Shown here piece after piece: positions 27,130 through 41,288 of a stretch of DNA of 64,000 nt. Each line of letters opens with the position of its first letter. Within the stretch, counting starts at the first letter, position 1. Location: NCBI GenBank assembly GCA_012295275.1, contig CM022667.1, positions 14,508,001 to 14,572,000 of the forward strand. The letters run 5' to 3'. Origin of the DNA: Chrysomallon squamiferum (taxonomy: Eukaryota; Animalia; Mollusca). The position numbers and the translations under genes were made by a program. The notes beneath the pieces are model-generated. The model was not told the origin of the DNA. It ran no database searches and worked only from the letters and a program-made list of their open reading frames with translations.

Positions 27130-28239
27130 TTCGTGTGGAACTGGGCCAAAACATGCCGAGACGACACGATACTGAATTCTTCAGTAATTATCTCCCATTA
27201 TTTCGCTCGAGTTCAGTTTATTGATAAGCCAAGCGATAATCGCAAAAGCTAACGATACACATAATTCTAACTTCCTACTACTGATGTTTGCAAAACATGC
27301 AGCCACATCAAATATGGAGATGCTATCATTTAACCTTTGATGTGACTGCTAGCGTGTCGTTAGCACAGAAAAATAAATATTGCAAAGATCTTGTCAAACA
27401 ATTTAAGCTGAATTGATATCGTTTTAATTTTGTTTCCTTCGCTACAACCTTCTTCTGTGGATCTGGTTGCATGCTGCCAATGGCGCCCAAGCTAATTTAA
27501 GAAAGTTCGGAGAGAAAGTTTTGGCATCAAAGCTATCATGACGTAACATTTATAGAGAAGAAATTAAGTAATGTTGGTTGAATAATCCCGGGTATTTCGT
27601 TCCATCCTGTACGTTGACAAATATACACAAAACAAAACAAAACAGAACAGAATAACTGTAACATATCAGACATATGAGCATATTCAGTCATTTACACATA
27701 TACACACATATACATACATACACATGTACATACACACATATACATACATACACATGTACATACATACACATGCACATACACATACATGTACACACACAGA
27801 CACACAAACACACCATACACACTATAGGAGTAATAATTGACAGTTTTGTAGTGTTTGTGTTTTTTCTTTTTATATTAAGAACAATGATAATAATACTATT
27901 ACTACTGCTACTATAACTACTGTTACCAATACTACTACAACGACTACTACTAACTGGTACTGCTATTACTACTACTGTTACTTCTGCTGCTACTACTGCA
28001 ATTCATACTGCAGCTACTGCAACTATTTATACTACTGCTACTACTACTACTAATAAAAATAATAAAAATACTACTTCTACTACTAATAATAACGGTTATG
28101 CATTGCTTCAAGAAAAAATCGTAATTATAATCGGTACATATTATTCTTTGCTTTATTTTAATTTTTCTAAATCTGATGTTTCTTCGACAATTTTAAATGA
28201 GTGAAAATAATCCTAAGACATTACTAAAAATAAAATTTG

Positions 28240-28390
28240 ATTTGATTGGTTATCTGCGGGCGCCACGTCACTCCGATAACACGCTCGTGCTCATCTGACC
28301 GCCTGGTTTGTTTCTAATTTACGTCATGGCAGAAAATCCATCATTTCATCAATATTAATGAACGAAGACAACTGACCTTGACCTTTCCAA
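28240..28390. promoter_or_regulatory. Motif-dense CpG island: CCAAT, UPRE-type and CRE-like bZIP sites, nuclear-receptor DR0
   Basis: ATTGG 28245-28249, GCCACGTCA 28262-28270 (TGACGTGGC on minus), TTACGTCA 28319-28326, TGACCTTGACCT 28373-28384. Confidence 0.35.
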
Positions 28391-28556
28391 TATAACGCCT
28401 AGTTAGTCGATGGCGTAATTAAGGTCGTGCAGATGGAACATGTGCCCGGAGCGGCAAATTTTGGAAGCCATTTTTTGTGGTTTGAAAATGTAACCACTCA
28501 CAGTTTTCTAAACCATCCATAACAGTTTCGCCTCTACGATTAGCAATTAGACTCAT

Positions 28557-28639
<83 letters not shown>

Positions 28640-28859
28640 TGTTAATATAAGTATGAATATATATACATAAATATACTTATTGCTACCTGGCTGTCTGTTT
28701 GTCCATTTGTCCCATTATTATGAATATACATATTCTATATATTCTATATATATATAAATATATACTTATTATAAATTACATATTCTATACATATATATAT
28801 ATATATAAATTACTATACATATACATATTTCTTTTTACTTGTATGTCATTTATCATTTT

Positions 28860-28987
28860 CACGTGAATTATACTTGAACTTGAATGCAATTTTGAAATGC
28901 CAATCCATATTACCGGAGGTCACATGACATGACGAGATCACGTGATATGATAAGATCACGTGGATTAAAATGATTAATCACCACGTT
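28860..28987. promoter_or_regulatory. E-box cluster including three boxes at an exact 18-bp period
   Basis: CACGTG 28860, CACATG 28921, CACGTG 28939, CACGTG 28957, CACGTT 28982. Confidence 0.45.
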
Positions 28988-29188
28988 CTTATCTAAATTG
29001 TTTTGACGCAAGATTGATGACAATGATCTAAGGAAAATGATTTCAGTTTGCAAACACGAATGAACACATCTAATTAGTAATTAAAGTGGGATTTCATCTT
29101 TATTTCATATTTGATTTTTGACTGAATTATTATTCTTGACATCATCGTCATCATTATTATGATTATGATTATTTATTTAAATACTTGT

Positions 29189-29236
<48 letters not shown>

Positions 29237-29257
29237 TATTATTATTATTATTATTAT

Positions 29258-29297
<40 letters not shown>

Positions 29298-29474
29298 TGT
29301 TGTAGATAGGGGTAGTGTTAATGGTAATGGTAGCAGTAGTAATTCATTTTATTATTTATTTATTTAATTCTGTTTCTTTCTTTTTCTTATTTCTTTCTGT
29401 CTTTTTTTTTTTTTTTTTTTTTTTCTTTTTTTAGCTCATTCATCTTATTTATTTCTTCTTATTATTTATTTCTT

Positions 29475-29800
29475 TTTTTAAAAGTAAAACGAATTTTGTA
29501 GATATCAATTACAGATTTGTTTGGAATATATATCTGTTTTATATTTAATATTTATTTTCGAATATTTTTAAAGTGTATTTTATATAAGAAACATTATTAT
29601 TTATTGATTTAAATTTTTTTTTCTTTTCTTCTTCTTATTTCTTTCTTACTTTCTTTTTTTTTTTTTTTCTTTTTAGTCTTATTTCTTTATTTTTTAAAGC
29701 AAAACAAATTTTCTAGATATCAATTACAGATCTGTCTGGAATTATATATGTTTTATATAAAATATTTATTTTAAAATATTTTTTAAGTGTATTCTGTATT
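29475..29800 (+). repeat. Diverged local tandem duplication, ~215-bp offset
   Basis: TAGATATCAATTACAGAT at 29499 and 29714, each in a ~110-bp similar context (AAAACRAATTTT...TGGAAT...AATATTTATTTT...AAGTGTATT). Confidence 0.85.
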
Positions 29801-30261
29801 ACAAACATATAGGATATCCACTGGGGATAAAATAAATTTAAAATCTTTGGCCATAAAATACATCATGTTTCTTAGTTATATATCACTATTTTAAAATAAC
29901 ATAATAAAAAATAAAAAAAATATATAAATTACATACGTCTAAAACGCTTGATATTGTAATATACGATCCCGAGGAATATTTTTATCTGTTTGATCGAAAA
30001 TATTTATTTCTTACTATAAAGGATAGGAAATTGGTTTTATGCTGATAAAAACGTAAAAAATTTAATATGAAAAATATTTTATTACAGCAGAACAGATATG
30101 ATACAAATGAGTTGTAAACATTTTGAACACAAATTATTGTAACAGAATATATGTAGCAGATTAAAATGAATTGCTTTTCTTAACTGTTTGTTTATTATTT
30201 TTATTATTAATAGTTGTTATGTAAAAGAAGAGAAAATGTTTGTATGTTTGTACGTATGCAT

Positions 30262-30580
30262 GTATGTGTGTGTGTAATATATATGTGTGTGTGCATGTTT
30301 TTATGTGTGTGGTATGTATATATAAGTGTGGGTGTGTAATATATATGTGTGTGTGCATGTTTTTATGTGTGTGGTATGTATATGTGTGTGTGTGTAATAT
30401 ATATGTGTGTGTGTAATATATATGTGTGTGTGCATGTTTTTATGTGTGTGGTATGTATATATATGTGTGTGTGTGTAATATATATGTGTGTGTGCATGTT
30501 TTTATGTGTGTGTGTGTAATATAGATGTGTGTGTGCATGTTTTTATGTGTGTGGTATGTATATATGTGTGTGTGTGTGTG
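30262..30580 (+). repeat. GT/AT-based minisatellite, ~60-bp unit, ~5 imperfect copies
   Basis: Repeating GTGTGTAATATATATGTGTGTGTGCATGTTTTTATGTGTGTGGTATGTAT. Confidence 0.85.
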
Positions 30581-31380
30581 TATCTATGAGCATATATGCA
30601 TATTCATGTTTATTCATGCATATGTATTTGTGTGTATATATTGTAAATATACCAATCGATCTACGAAACCCATAGTGCAAGTTTGTAAAATGACTGATAT
30701 CAACATTATCTCTTTCAGTATTTGAAACTTCTGCTAACAGTTACAGATAAGGTTTACTACCATGATAACCTTCCCTGTTATTACCACTTGTGACGAAACA
30801 GACTGCAAGTTGTAAAGATTCTAATTTTCTTAAAGCGCTGACGCCTTGACATGTAAGCGATCTATCATATATTCGACATACCGAAGCGATATTTTATTTA
30901 ATTAGCATCGTCTTGTTCATTACAGAAAAGGTTACAACAGGGTGTGAAAGATAGTAATAATAAAATAAAAATATAAAAGATGGCCTGATATCTCATCTGA
31001 AACAACACCATTGTCGCATCAAATTAATTATATCTAAAGTTAATGGCTGGTATTTATTTACTGAGGAAACAAATTCGCGCGAACGCCGGTAAGTGGTCGC
31101 GTTCGGTTGTGTCATATGAGTAACTAGAACGTAAATGGATTCAGTAGTGATGACGAACTGTTCGAAAACAAATTCCCTCAATTAAAGAAAACAACAACAG
31201 CAGCAGATCAACAATAAATAAATAAGTACAAAGTAAAGAATAAAAAAAAGAAAATATAATAAAATAAATAATACTTGTAAATAATGATGAAATGTTTACA
31301 ATATATAGAAAACGAAAGCTAGATATAAAATATTTATTTCTTGCTGAAACCTACACATAGACAAGCATTTAAGGATACTT

Positions 31381-31463
<83 letters not shown>

Positions 31464-32760
31464 TGGAAGAGAAAAAGTGTTCATGCTTTATAATGTATAC
31501 ATCGCCATCGAGCTGCCTATATCTATTACTGTAATGTAATTTTTCATGGTTTCCAATGTTATTTTGTTTCACTTTCTGTTCTGGATGACACTGATACCAA
31601 GGAAGCTTTAAACTAAAAAAATGTGTTCAACTCACACGATTTTCGAAACACCGGAATATTTCTTGTTCAGTTATCGGATCGACGTGACCTGTACATTTTA
31701 GATGGCCGCCGACAGTCGTCTTGAAAATAATATACTTCATTATCTCTGTCATCGGTTAAACTAAAATAAGGAATAAAGTGATATTTAAATTCTTTAACTG
31801 TTGTATTAAACGCTAACTTGACTGTTATTACTTCTTTACGGAGTCATCTAGGTTCATTTAGTCCAATTGTCTGCATTCAGCAACAAAATACACGTATTTT
31901 GAAAAACCTATTAACCACTGTAAAAAGTTTCTAATATGAAAAATCTCCATGTCTCTGGGTGTTTGGAAATCTTCATCTTCGACAGGTGGTGAACAAATTG
32001 CCGTCACCGTAGAGCAAATAATATTATGTACGGCAAAATGTGTTTAACGATAACTGGTATCACTCACGAAACTAACACCTATCAGGATATTTGTGATAAA
32101 GAAATTAATTTCTGTTTTACCCTAACACTCACATTTCTATCTCCTTCTTTATTTTACGAGTTTAATTCTGTTGATGCAGACAAAGCATGGGTATTTATGT
32201 AATCGTTATTAAAAAATGAAGTGATACAAACTGTCCCATAGGATTCGGTTGCGATGTCGTAACTTGTTTTGGTCCATCACTCATCACGCCTACTGCGTAA
32301 GTACCAGAAAGAAATATTAATTTTTTTTGCTCTCTCTCTCAGCACGTTTTCTCAGTTGTTAGCAGGGTCCAAAATAAATTTTAAACTTAATAATTATTTC
32401 CTGTTATTTAACTGGCTTAAAAGGTTGTTCTTTTTATTGAAATGATTCGTGTTAAAAGAACCAGAAGAAAAACGAATCACCCGCTTTTTCAAGATTAAGG
32501 ACTAATTTCTCTGGAAAAGCCACAATGGTTTATTTATTTATTTTTTTTTTTTTCCCCAATTCTCACAATCTTAACAACACATACATGAGAGAGCTATAGA
32601 TTCGTCAAGTTAAACACATTAACTTAAATTCAAATATTATCACGCAAAATATTTACCTTCTTGTTTTTGCTTTTTGTTGTTGTTTTTGTTGTTGCTGTGT
32701 TGCTTTTATTTTGTTTTTATTTCATTTCATTTAAATTAATGAATTTATTTTTTATTTTAT

Positions 32761-33190
32761 CTCCCTCTCTGTCTCAAGAGATGACTAAAGAAAAGAATGT
32801 TAGAGGCTGAGAAAAAAAGAGAAAAAAACAAGACGAAGAAAACTGTAAACCTTTGTGACAGTTACATTCAAATATAATACTAACCGTGTTTTTCTTTCGT
32901 TTCTTTTTCTTCTTTTTCTCCTAGTCTTTTCTTTTCATTTAAAAAAAAAAAAAAATAATATAAAAAAAAAAAATAGATAAATAAAAAATAAACAGTAAAC
33001 CTTTGTGACAGTTGTATTCAAATACTAAAACGAACAGTGTTTTTTTTTTTTTTTTTTTTCCTTTTTTCTAGCCCATCAAAAAAAAAACTACCTAAAGACC
33101 GCTGCTTTCATGTCTGCTGACAACCACTTTGATTATCAACGGTTACAACTATTTACATATTTTCACCTCAGTAAAATGAAAATAATATTG
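32761..33190 (+). repeat. Unclassified dispersed repeat, copy 1 (with an internal duplication)
   Basis: CTCAAGAGATGACTAAAGAAAAGAATGTTAGAGGC...GTAAACCTTTGTGACAGTTACATTCAAATATAATACTAAC...ACCGCTGCTTTCATGTCTGCTGACAA...AATGAAAATAATAT matches the reverse complement of 45305-45590 block by block. GTAAACCTTTGTGACAGTT occurs twice in this copy (~32846 and ~32995). Confidence 0.8.
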
Positions 33191-34009
33191 ATTAAAAAGC
33201 TGATCTGACTGGTCAACTTGGACGTCTGTTTTTCCTACTGTTTACAATCATCGATGAATGATGATGAATGAGAATTAAATTCAGACACAACACATGACTA
33301 AAATAAGAATTAGCTAAAGACAAATTTTGTTAGACCAATAAATCAACTTCTCAAGTAATCGGTCTATTTTTTGTTTTTAATGACAAGCCGCTGAATTAAT
33401 AGAATAAAGAAATAAAACAAAAAAGTCACATAGTATATGTATTTTGAAAAAAATATTCAAAAATCATGTGCTTGAATAAGTAATTAATGCATATGAAAAA
33501 AAAAAAAAAAAATTAAGGAAGAACAGCAACAAGAGAAAAAATTAATTCCTTTCTGTATTGATAATGTCTAAACAGTTATAACAGTATTAATAATATTTTT
33601 ATTATTATTATTATTGTATAAAAATTTTTATTTTTCCTAATAAATAAATAAATTAATTAGAATTATCTCATGCGGTATATATTTTTTGTCAAACGCTCGA
33701 CATTTTCCGTGAACATTCGCTGGAGAAACACGAGAATTACGTCATAAAGGTATGACGGTATTGTAATCGCTTAACATTTGTTGAAGGTCCTGGGGAATGG
33801 ATTGATTGTTACGAAGTAAGTTATTTATGTTTATTTGATCATGTATTAGCGAAAATAAATGTTAAAAATCAACAAAACGTAGATCGTTTGTCAAATGATA
33901 AACATAAATATACATACACATCTTCATAAATATCTTCTTCTTTCTTCTTCTTCATCACATGCATCCAATTAAATTTCAAAATTGTATTCAATGTATTAAT
34001 CGTTCTAGC

Positions 34010-34133
<124 letters not shown>

Positions 34134-34780
34134 GGTCAATATATGCTATCTGTTTTCAGTTCAATAACGTTCAAGTCTATTTCAGCAAGATTTTCTTCTT
34201 CTCATTTCGTTGGGCCGAGCTCATAACTGTTAAGGCAAATACTCGAAGCAAACTGAAATTATTTTAAAACAATTATCGAGAGTTTGTTGTACGCGTCTAC
34301 GGTATAATTATATGGGCAGTGAACTGCTGACGTGAGAAAGAAAACCTCTTTCGACAAGAGATGAAGCATTCAGAACATGAAGCTGATGGGATTTGCGCCG
34401 TTACTGATTGATAAAGGGAAATTTGTTAGGCGTACGTTTCAATACAGCATCTCCAGTGATTTGACGTTTTGATGATGGAGAAAGACTCAGACTGATTGAA
34501 TGTGACTGAGTGATGTCGTGTCTGAACATATGTGTGTGAGTTTACGCATACTTATACATACATACAAACAACACACACACACACACACACATACATATAT
34601 TATATGTATGTGTGTGAATGTGTACGTATGTGTGTATATATATATACATATAAACACTCACACAGTCGTACACATGTTTTTTTTTATTTTTGAATGCCCA
34701 CCTGTTTCTGTGTTTTCCTTTAAAAGTTTAGATATTCTTCGAAGGTTCTTGAACTTTCTATTTATGAGATGCAACGAATG

Positions 34781-34813
<33 letters not shown>

Positions 34814-34959
34814 AAAGAAAGAAAAAAAATACAAAGAAAAATAAAGAAAAAAAGAAGAAGACAGTTTGGCTACTTAATTAATTTAAACAACAATAAGATG
34901 GAACATTACAAAAAGTAAATTTTTTTTTTTTTTTTTTTTTATTTACGCCTTAGAAAACG

Positions 34960-36000
34960 GGTTTAATTGCTAACCTCATTTTCAATAAAGGTCAGTGGTC
35001 ATGCTGCTTACCGATACCGAGGCTACTTCGGCTGCAACCTTGCGCTCAACGCATTTGCTTCAAATGTACAAGGAGTTCCCAGTGTGGTCGTTTTTCCTAA
35101 AATGATGCGTTGAGGCTTTTATTTAAAACCATTAAGCGATTACTGTAGCTCACGATCAGCCGATTTGATAATGGCGTGCGTCCATGTAATCAGTTTTCTC
35201 CATCTAAAGCAATGCCATTTCCTCCTTAACGTCACAAACATGCACGCCGTGGTCAGAAGCAGTTTTTCACTGTCAGAATTTCAAACAGTAGTTATCTTCT
35301 GAACCGGCGAGCTTCCCCGGAGTAATAGTCAATAATTTTATTCTCCGACGAACCGCCATTTCGCTTCCTACCCTCGCAAAACAAACGCGTAAACCCCAAA
35401 CGCTGTGACGTCATTGATCTTTGGCGGGTAAACACAGATTGATCGCGTGGCCGGAGATATATGGCTTTGTTATGACGTAAAGCTTGGAAGAACACATTGC
35501 TTTGATGAATGTCGTCTGCACCGCACGACTATCAATCCACCATACGTATTGTCAGAACGTGCAAATGAACGAGATTCATTTGTGTAATGAAACATGAACG
35601 CTCGTGAACTGGGGCGATGCAGCCGATATAAGTGTGAGGTGATTAATACCAAATCGCCGGTCTGCATAACCCGTTCAACGCGGTGCCAATAAATTTAGAA
35701 TTGTCACTCTGTTGAGGTTCCCATCATATCGTGAATAACTGCCACACACCGCCTTGAAAGTCATCTGCACCAATCATTGATAATATTATGGAAATGGGCT
35801 CGAAGTGGAATCATTACATAAAAGATGCGGCATAACTCATCGTCCGCTGGTTGTATATGTTAAGTCCCAGTAATTTAACTTTGACGAATATGGATGTCTG
35901 GAAACATCAAAATGTCGCAGATTAAGTCAATTAAATAATTGTGTTTTACGACAATATGCAGATGCCGGTTTTGTGGTTTCGGAATGGTTCGATCAATTCA
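34960..36000. promoter_or_regulatory. Large (~1 kb) CpG-rich unique non-coding island
   Basis: SSR-free and CpG-rich, with TGACGTCA (35406), TGACGTAA (35473), TTTGGCGGG (E2F-like, ~35420) and several TAAT/ATTA cores. No credible ORF. Confidence 0.4.
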
Positions 36001-36924
36001 TGTTTCTTCCATTCCTACTAAATGTGGATCGTGTATTTCATTTATTCAAGTCGTAATTTCTTATCATATTGTACATTAAAAAAAAAAAAAAAACAAAAAA
36101 AAAAAAGAACAAACAAACAAACAAAAACACAGAAAACATAAACCCCCAAAATGGTTTGTGTCAAGATGTCACTTCAACATTTTAAATTAAATACTGTATA
36201 TTGCAATCTCACCATAAACATAAATCAAATTAGTCAAACAAACAAATGCGCAAAATAAACAAACAAACAAACAAACAAATATACATACATAAAACAAACA
36301 AACAAACAAACAGTTAAAGAAAGAAAGATAGATAGAAAGAAAGAAATACTTTAGAAAAACAGTATTTTCTATTTCCATCCAGATCAGAAAACATTATCTA
36401 TTTCTAATTTTGTTAACAATTAAATTTCTTAATCTTTTTCCAGTTACTTCAACAAACAATAACTATAAAACAACAATTACTTCTACTAATAATACTACAA
36501 CTACAATTACTACTACTACTACTACATAGTACTGTACTACTACTACTATTACTCCTACTACTATTACATCACTACTACTACTACTACAGTAATAATAATA
36601 ATAACAAAAATAATAATGATGATGATGATAATGTTAATGATAATAATAATAACTGAAAAAATGAGGAAAAAACAAAGATGAATATAAGTTTTTTTTTGCC
36701 AAATACATTCTTAACAATTCACAAGATAAATGACAACAGCTTTTTCTCACTTGTTGTTCTTTTTCGTTTTAGTTGTTCTGTTTTAAAAAATAATTTGATA
36801 TTTCTTTATAATTATGCTGGCACTTTCCTGTTCTGTAATATATATAAAGAAAAAAGATAACTGGGGAAAAAAATAAGAACAAAATAATAATAATAATAAC
36901 AACAACGACAACAATAACAATAAC

Positions 36925-37002
<78 letters not shown>

Positions 37003-37064
37003 ACTACTACTACTACTACTATCTACTACTACTACTAATAATAATAATAAAAGAAAAAGAAAAT

Positions 37065-37106
<42 letters not shown>

Positions 37107-37194
37107 CAAATGACATTGAAAAACGAAAAGAGACATTTTTTGAATGCAGGATCGACAGTTTCATCAGAGATGGATACTTATTTCTGAGGAATTA

Positions 37195-37320
37195 ATGAAC
37201 CGGAAGTGCTTGAGAGTGAGGTCCATTTATCCTGGAAGTGACGTCATCAGCTTATTGGCAAAGATGGACAGGACCTTATCAACATTTGACAATGAGTGAC
37301 GTAACGTCATATAGCAAATG
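37195..37320. promoter_or_regulatory. Compact promoter-like module: ETS, ETS-CRE composite, CCAAT, second CRE-like site
   Basis: ACCGGAAGTG 37199-37208, GGAAGTGACGTCA 37234-37246, ATTGG ~37254, AAGATGG 37261, TGACGTAA 37297-37304 overlapping ACGTCA. Confidence 0.5.
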
Positions 37321-37824
37321 GATTTGAAGAGTCAGATGAAAAAAGAACTTAATTTGAATGCGGACACGATTTAAGGGAAAAGAAAAAGGGAGTTAAAGTT
37401 TTATTTTCCTTCTCAGGTCTTTAAAAATAATTGTAAAGCACACGCAGTCTTGGAGAAAGAGCTGTGGGAATATTATAGGCCAAGCATTTCCAGAGGCGTC
37501 TGGGTTTTCGCTAATGAAATGTAATGTTACTCCTCTGTGTGAATAGCTGAATAATACAAAAAAAAAAAAAAAAAAAATTGTTGATATCAATTATCAAACA
37601 TTTTTGTGACAGTTTAATGAACCTCACATTTTGCACGTGTTTTTGATGTGAAACTGCAATTTAAATAAAATTTTTACAATTAAAAAATAAAAATATAATA
37701 AATAATAATAATAAAAAAAAATTAATAAACATTCAGTATCTATCAGTAAATGGGTATTTGTAATAATAACAAGTACGAAATCTCAAAAGGAAAATTATTT
37801 CATTTTATCTAACTTTATTATTAC

Positions 37825-37982
37825 TTATTGTTAATATTGTTGTTGTTGTTGTTAATGTTGTTGTTAATATTTATTTACTTTCTTACGTATTTAGTTATTA
37901 TTGTTAATATTGTTGTTGTTGTTGTTGTTGTTAATCTTGTTGTTAATATTTATTTACTTTCTTACTTACGTATTTAGTTATT
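37825..37982 (+). repeat. Tandem duplication of a ~73-83 bp (TTG)n-containing unit
   Basis: TTATTGTTAATATTGTT(GTT)nAAT.TTGTTGTTAATATTTATTTACTTTCTTAC(TTAC)GTATTTAGTTA twice in a row. Confidence 0.85.
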
Positions 37983-38580
37983 ATTTTTTAATTTAAGATT
38001 TTTGGCATACAGAATTTATGACTGTCCCATTACAGAAAATTAACAGAATCGACTGTCTATATATTTATTTCTTGTGCTAGACGTAGTTTTACCTGTCATT
38101 TGATTAGTAATATTTATATTAAACGTTGGATATTCACTTTAATTCGTTTAATCGATTTTAATATACATATACATGTTAACCTTCATGTTACAATTTTAAG
38201 TAGGTTAGCCGAGAGGAAATTCTGGTCTCACACACCCATTTAACCTCACAAAGTTTTCTCTACGACACCACGTTGTTTAACGACCAAATAAACATCATTA
38301 AAAGGACTGACACATTTTCAAATGTGACTTTGAATAGCGCCAGTTAGCTCGTGCTCGCGCGCGACTCCGACCCTGACGTCATCAATCACCGACTGACACG
38401 TCAATATATCACGAATTTTTATAATGTGACTCGCTGAGCTATGCTCTTTGATGTAGTGTTAGCAGTTTGGTGCATTTTCACAAAAGATACGTTTTAGCAC
38501 ATTATCTCTGCATTATCCTAAACCTTTTCGTCGAATCTGGATACCAAGACTCGATTTTATATAGGTGAAATTGTATTTTT

Positions 38581-38681
<101 letters not shown>

Positions 38682-38809
38682 ATTATTCTTCATAATTGTA
38701 TTTGCTATTTTTATTATCAATGTTGTTTTTGTGATTTTAGTTGCTTATTTATTTAAAGGTTTTATTGCCATTAGTATTACTATTGCTTTGTTATTTTATT
38801 TATTTATTA

Positions 38810-38845
<36 letters not shown>

Positions 38846-39303
38846 CATCATCATTATTATTATTACTACTATTATTATTATTATTATTGTTGTTGTTGTT
38901 GTTATTCATCATCATCACCTTCATTTTCTTTTTCTTCTTTTTCTTACTGTTATTATTATTACTATGATGACGATGATGATAACTGTTAGTTTTGTCAGTC
39001 CATTTCATAGCGAATGACAACCGTAGTCGAAGTAATATTACTATAACAATCAAATAATGCAGTAAATCAATTTTAACCGTAAACTACGTTGTACCACATC
39101 CGTTTATCAAAGTTTCTACTTAATACTCAATGGTCTGAACCATACTGTATTTCTATAATTGAAATAATAATCTGTTCCACTTTCAGATGATTTTGTTCTG
39201 TGGAAGGATGTGTAATGTGACCCAGACTAATAACAAATATTGACTAATGATCCCGAATCCCCTGTTGTAATTAATAAAACCTGACTGCAATACATTATAT
39301 AGC

Positions 39304-39356
<53 letters not shown>

Positions 39357-39739
39357 GCTGCTGTTGTTGTTGTTGCTGTTGTTTGCAATTAGAAATTACA
39401 TATTCTTTTACCAGAAACTTGGTAGAAGACAAAAAACAAAACACAAAATAAAATAAAATAAAATAAATAATAATAATAAAAAAAAAGAACCAGAAAAAAG
39501 GTTGGATTTTTCTATTTGCCTGTTTGATTTTTGATTAGAGTAGTAGTAGTAGTAGTGGTAGTAGTGGTAGTAGTAGTAGTAATAATATTAGTACCAGTAG
39601 CAGTAGTTGTTGCGATAACAATAACAGTAACAATAATATTACAACAACAACCATCACAAACATCATCATCACAAATAATCGTCATTCTAACTTTAATTAC
39701 AGTAACAGTTAACTACTATCTTCTACTGTCAAGGATAGT

Positions 39740-40840
39740 TGTTGCAAAAATCGTTCGTACAAATCGTGCTCAGTTCGCAGAACCTTTACTCAAACGTGTT
39801 CAAAACGGACCAGGGAATTGACTCGGTAATGGCACCAGCTATTCGACATAATCCGGTAACAGACGAAAAGACTGGGCTAATATTTGGACAGTCGCAACCT
39901 CCGATGTCACCGGAATATTTGAACACAAACGGCTGGTCAGAGCGGTTCGCCAGGACGACTTTAGAAAATCCGATCCGCATTTAATCATCACTCGACTTCG
40001 CCTGATTAAGGTCCACATGGCCATTAAGTCTCCAGATCCCCCGACTCTGAGGCTGTCGGGGTTGGGCAGTCTCCCCACGAGTCGGGTCAGGTGTGATCCT
40101 TTAATGTCACGAAAAACGAAAATTAGTGCGATAATGAGCAAGCTTTTCCGCTGGAGTTTTTCTGCGTAATGGCACCGTTCACTAATAAATCATCCGTGAC
40201 AAATGATATCAGCAACTATTTTTTTTTTTTTTTTTTCCCTTTTAATTTTTAATTTCGCGTCCCTAACCAATAAAAGAAGTGCCGAACCAAGTTTCGCGTC
40301 GCTAACGGTTCGAACAGAGCTTTTCCAAAGTTTACTCACTGTAGTCTCGGTAAATGTCGAGTGTTTACCAATTACCCGAAACGTGTTGAGATGAGCGAGG
40401 CTGCGCACGTTCGGCTCTTCTCGATTGCGTCCGGCTAGAAATTTGCCGTGCAAGAGGAGAGTTCTGAGACAAATTAAAACCCGTGGCCTAAGGCCCCGAG
40501 AGCCCACGGAATCACGTCTGATGCCAGTTTATAAGTAAAAAAATACGCCGGCGTTATGGGATGAACGAAAAGATGTGATTATGTTAGGGAAACGAGAGCC
40601 GTATCACTGCCCGGCACGATATATTAATAGTTTTAAATGGTTGCGCTTGCCTAAACTTTTTTTTTTATCGAATATGTTATTACTTAATTCATCTCAGACA
40701 TCGAGAATAAGAAATGGAAATGAACAACAGTTCAGTGACACGTCAGCGTATTGTAGAGCCAGTGGTGACTGTTGTAGATAAACTGATCACGTGATTTGTT
40801 TGTGCACGAATTTCACGCGGAGTAAAAGGGGTTTGAACGT
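39740..40840. promoter_or_regulatory. Large (~1.1 kb) CpG-rich unique non-coding island rich in homeodomain-type cores
   Basis: GTAATGGCACC occurs twice (~39826, ~40166). CCATTAA, TAATCC, TGATTAA, ATAAATCA (Pbx-Hox type, ~40185) and TCACGTGA (~40787) are also present. Short ORFs on both strands have no recognisable homology. Confidence 0.4.
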
Positions 40841-40955
40841 GAGGAAATTTATGTAAATAATTAAAAACGGTATATATATATATATATATATATATATTTA
40901 AAATCTTACATAAATTGTCTCAGGTCACATATATGTGTGTCTGTGTCTGTGTCTA

Positions 40956-40998
<43 letters not shown>

Positions 40999-41237
40999 GA
41001 GAGAATGAGAACGAAAGAGAATAAGTAAAAAGAACTTACCCAAAAATAAACAGCTCTAAAAATAAATTTAGAAAGATTAAAAATAAACAAATAAATAAAT
41101 AAATAATAATAATAATAATAATCATAAATAAAATTTTAACCATTAAAAAGATAAAATAAAAAACCTATTAAAATAATTAAGATAAAAACGAAACGAAACG
41201 AAACAACAAACAAAATCAACCAATAATCCATTCCACC

Positions 41238-41288
<51 letters not shown>

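Noticed and set aside
28245-28267. ATTGG...CCACG as an ERSE or ERSE-II element
   Set aside because: The spacing (13 nt) and orientation fit neither CCAAT-N9-CCACG nor ATTGG-N-CCACG.
39739-40507. Several overlapping 63-105 aa ORFs on both strands
   Set aside because: Mutually overlapping, without family motifs, and one runs through a homopolymer tract. Better explained as a non-coding island.
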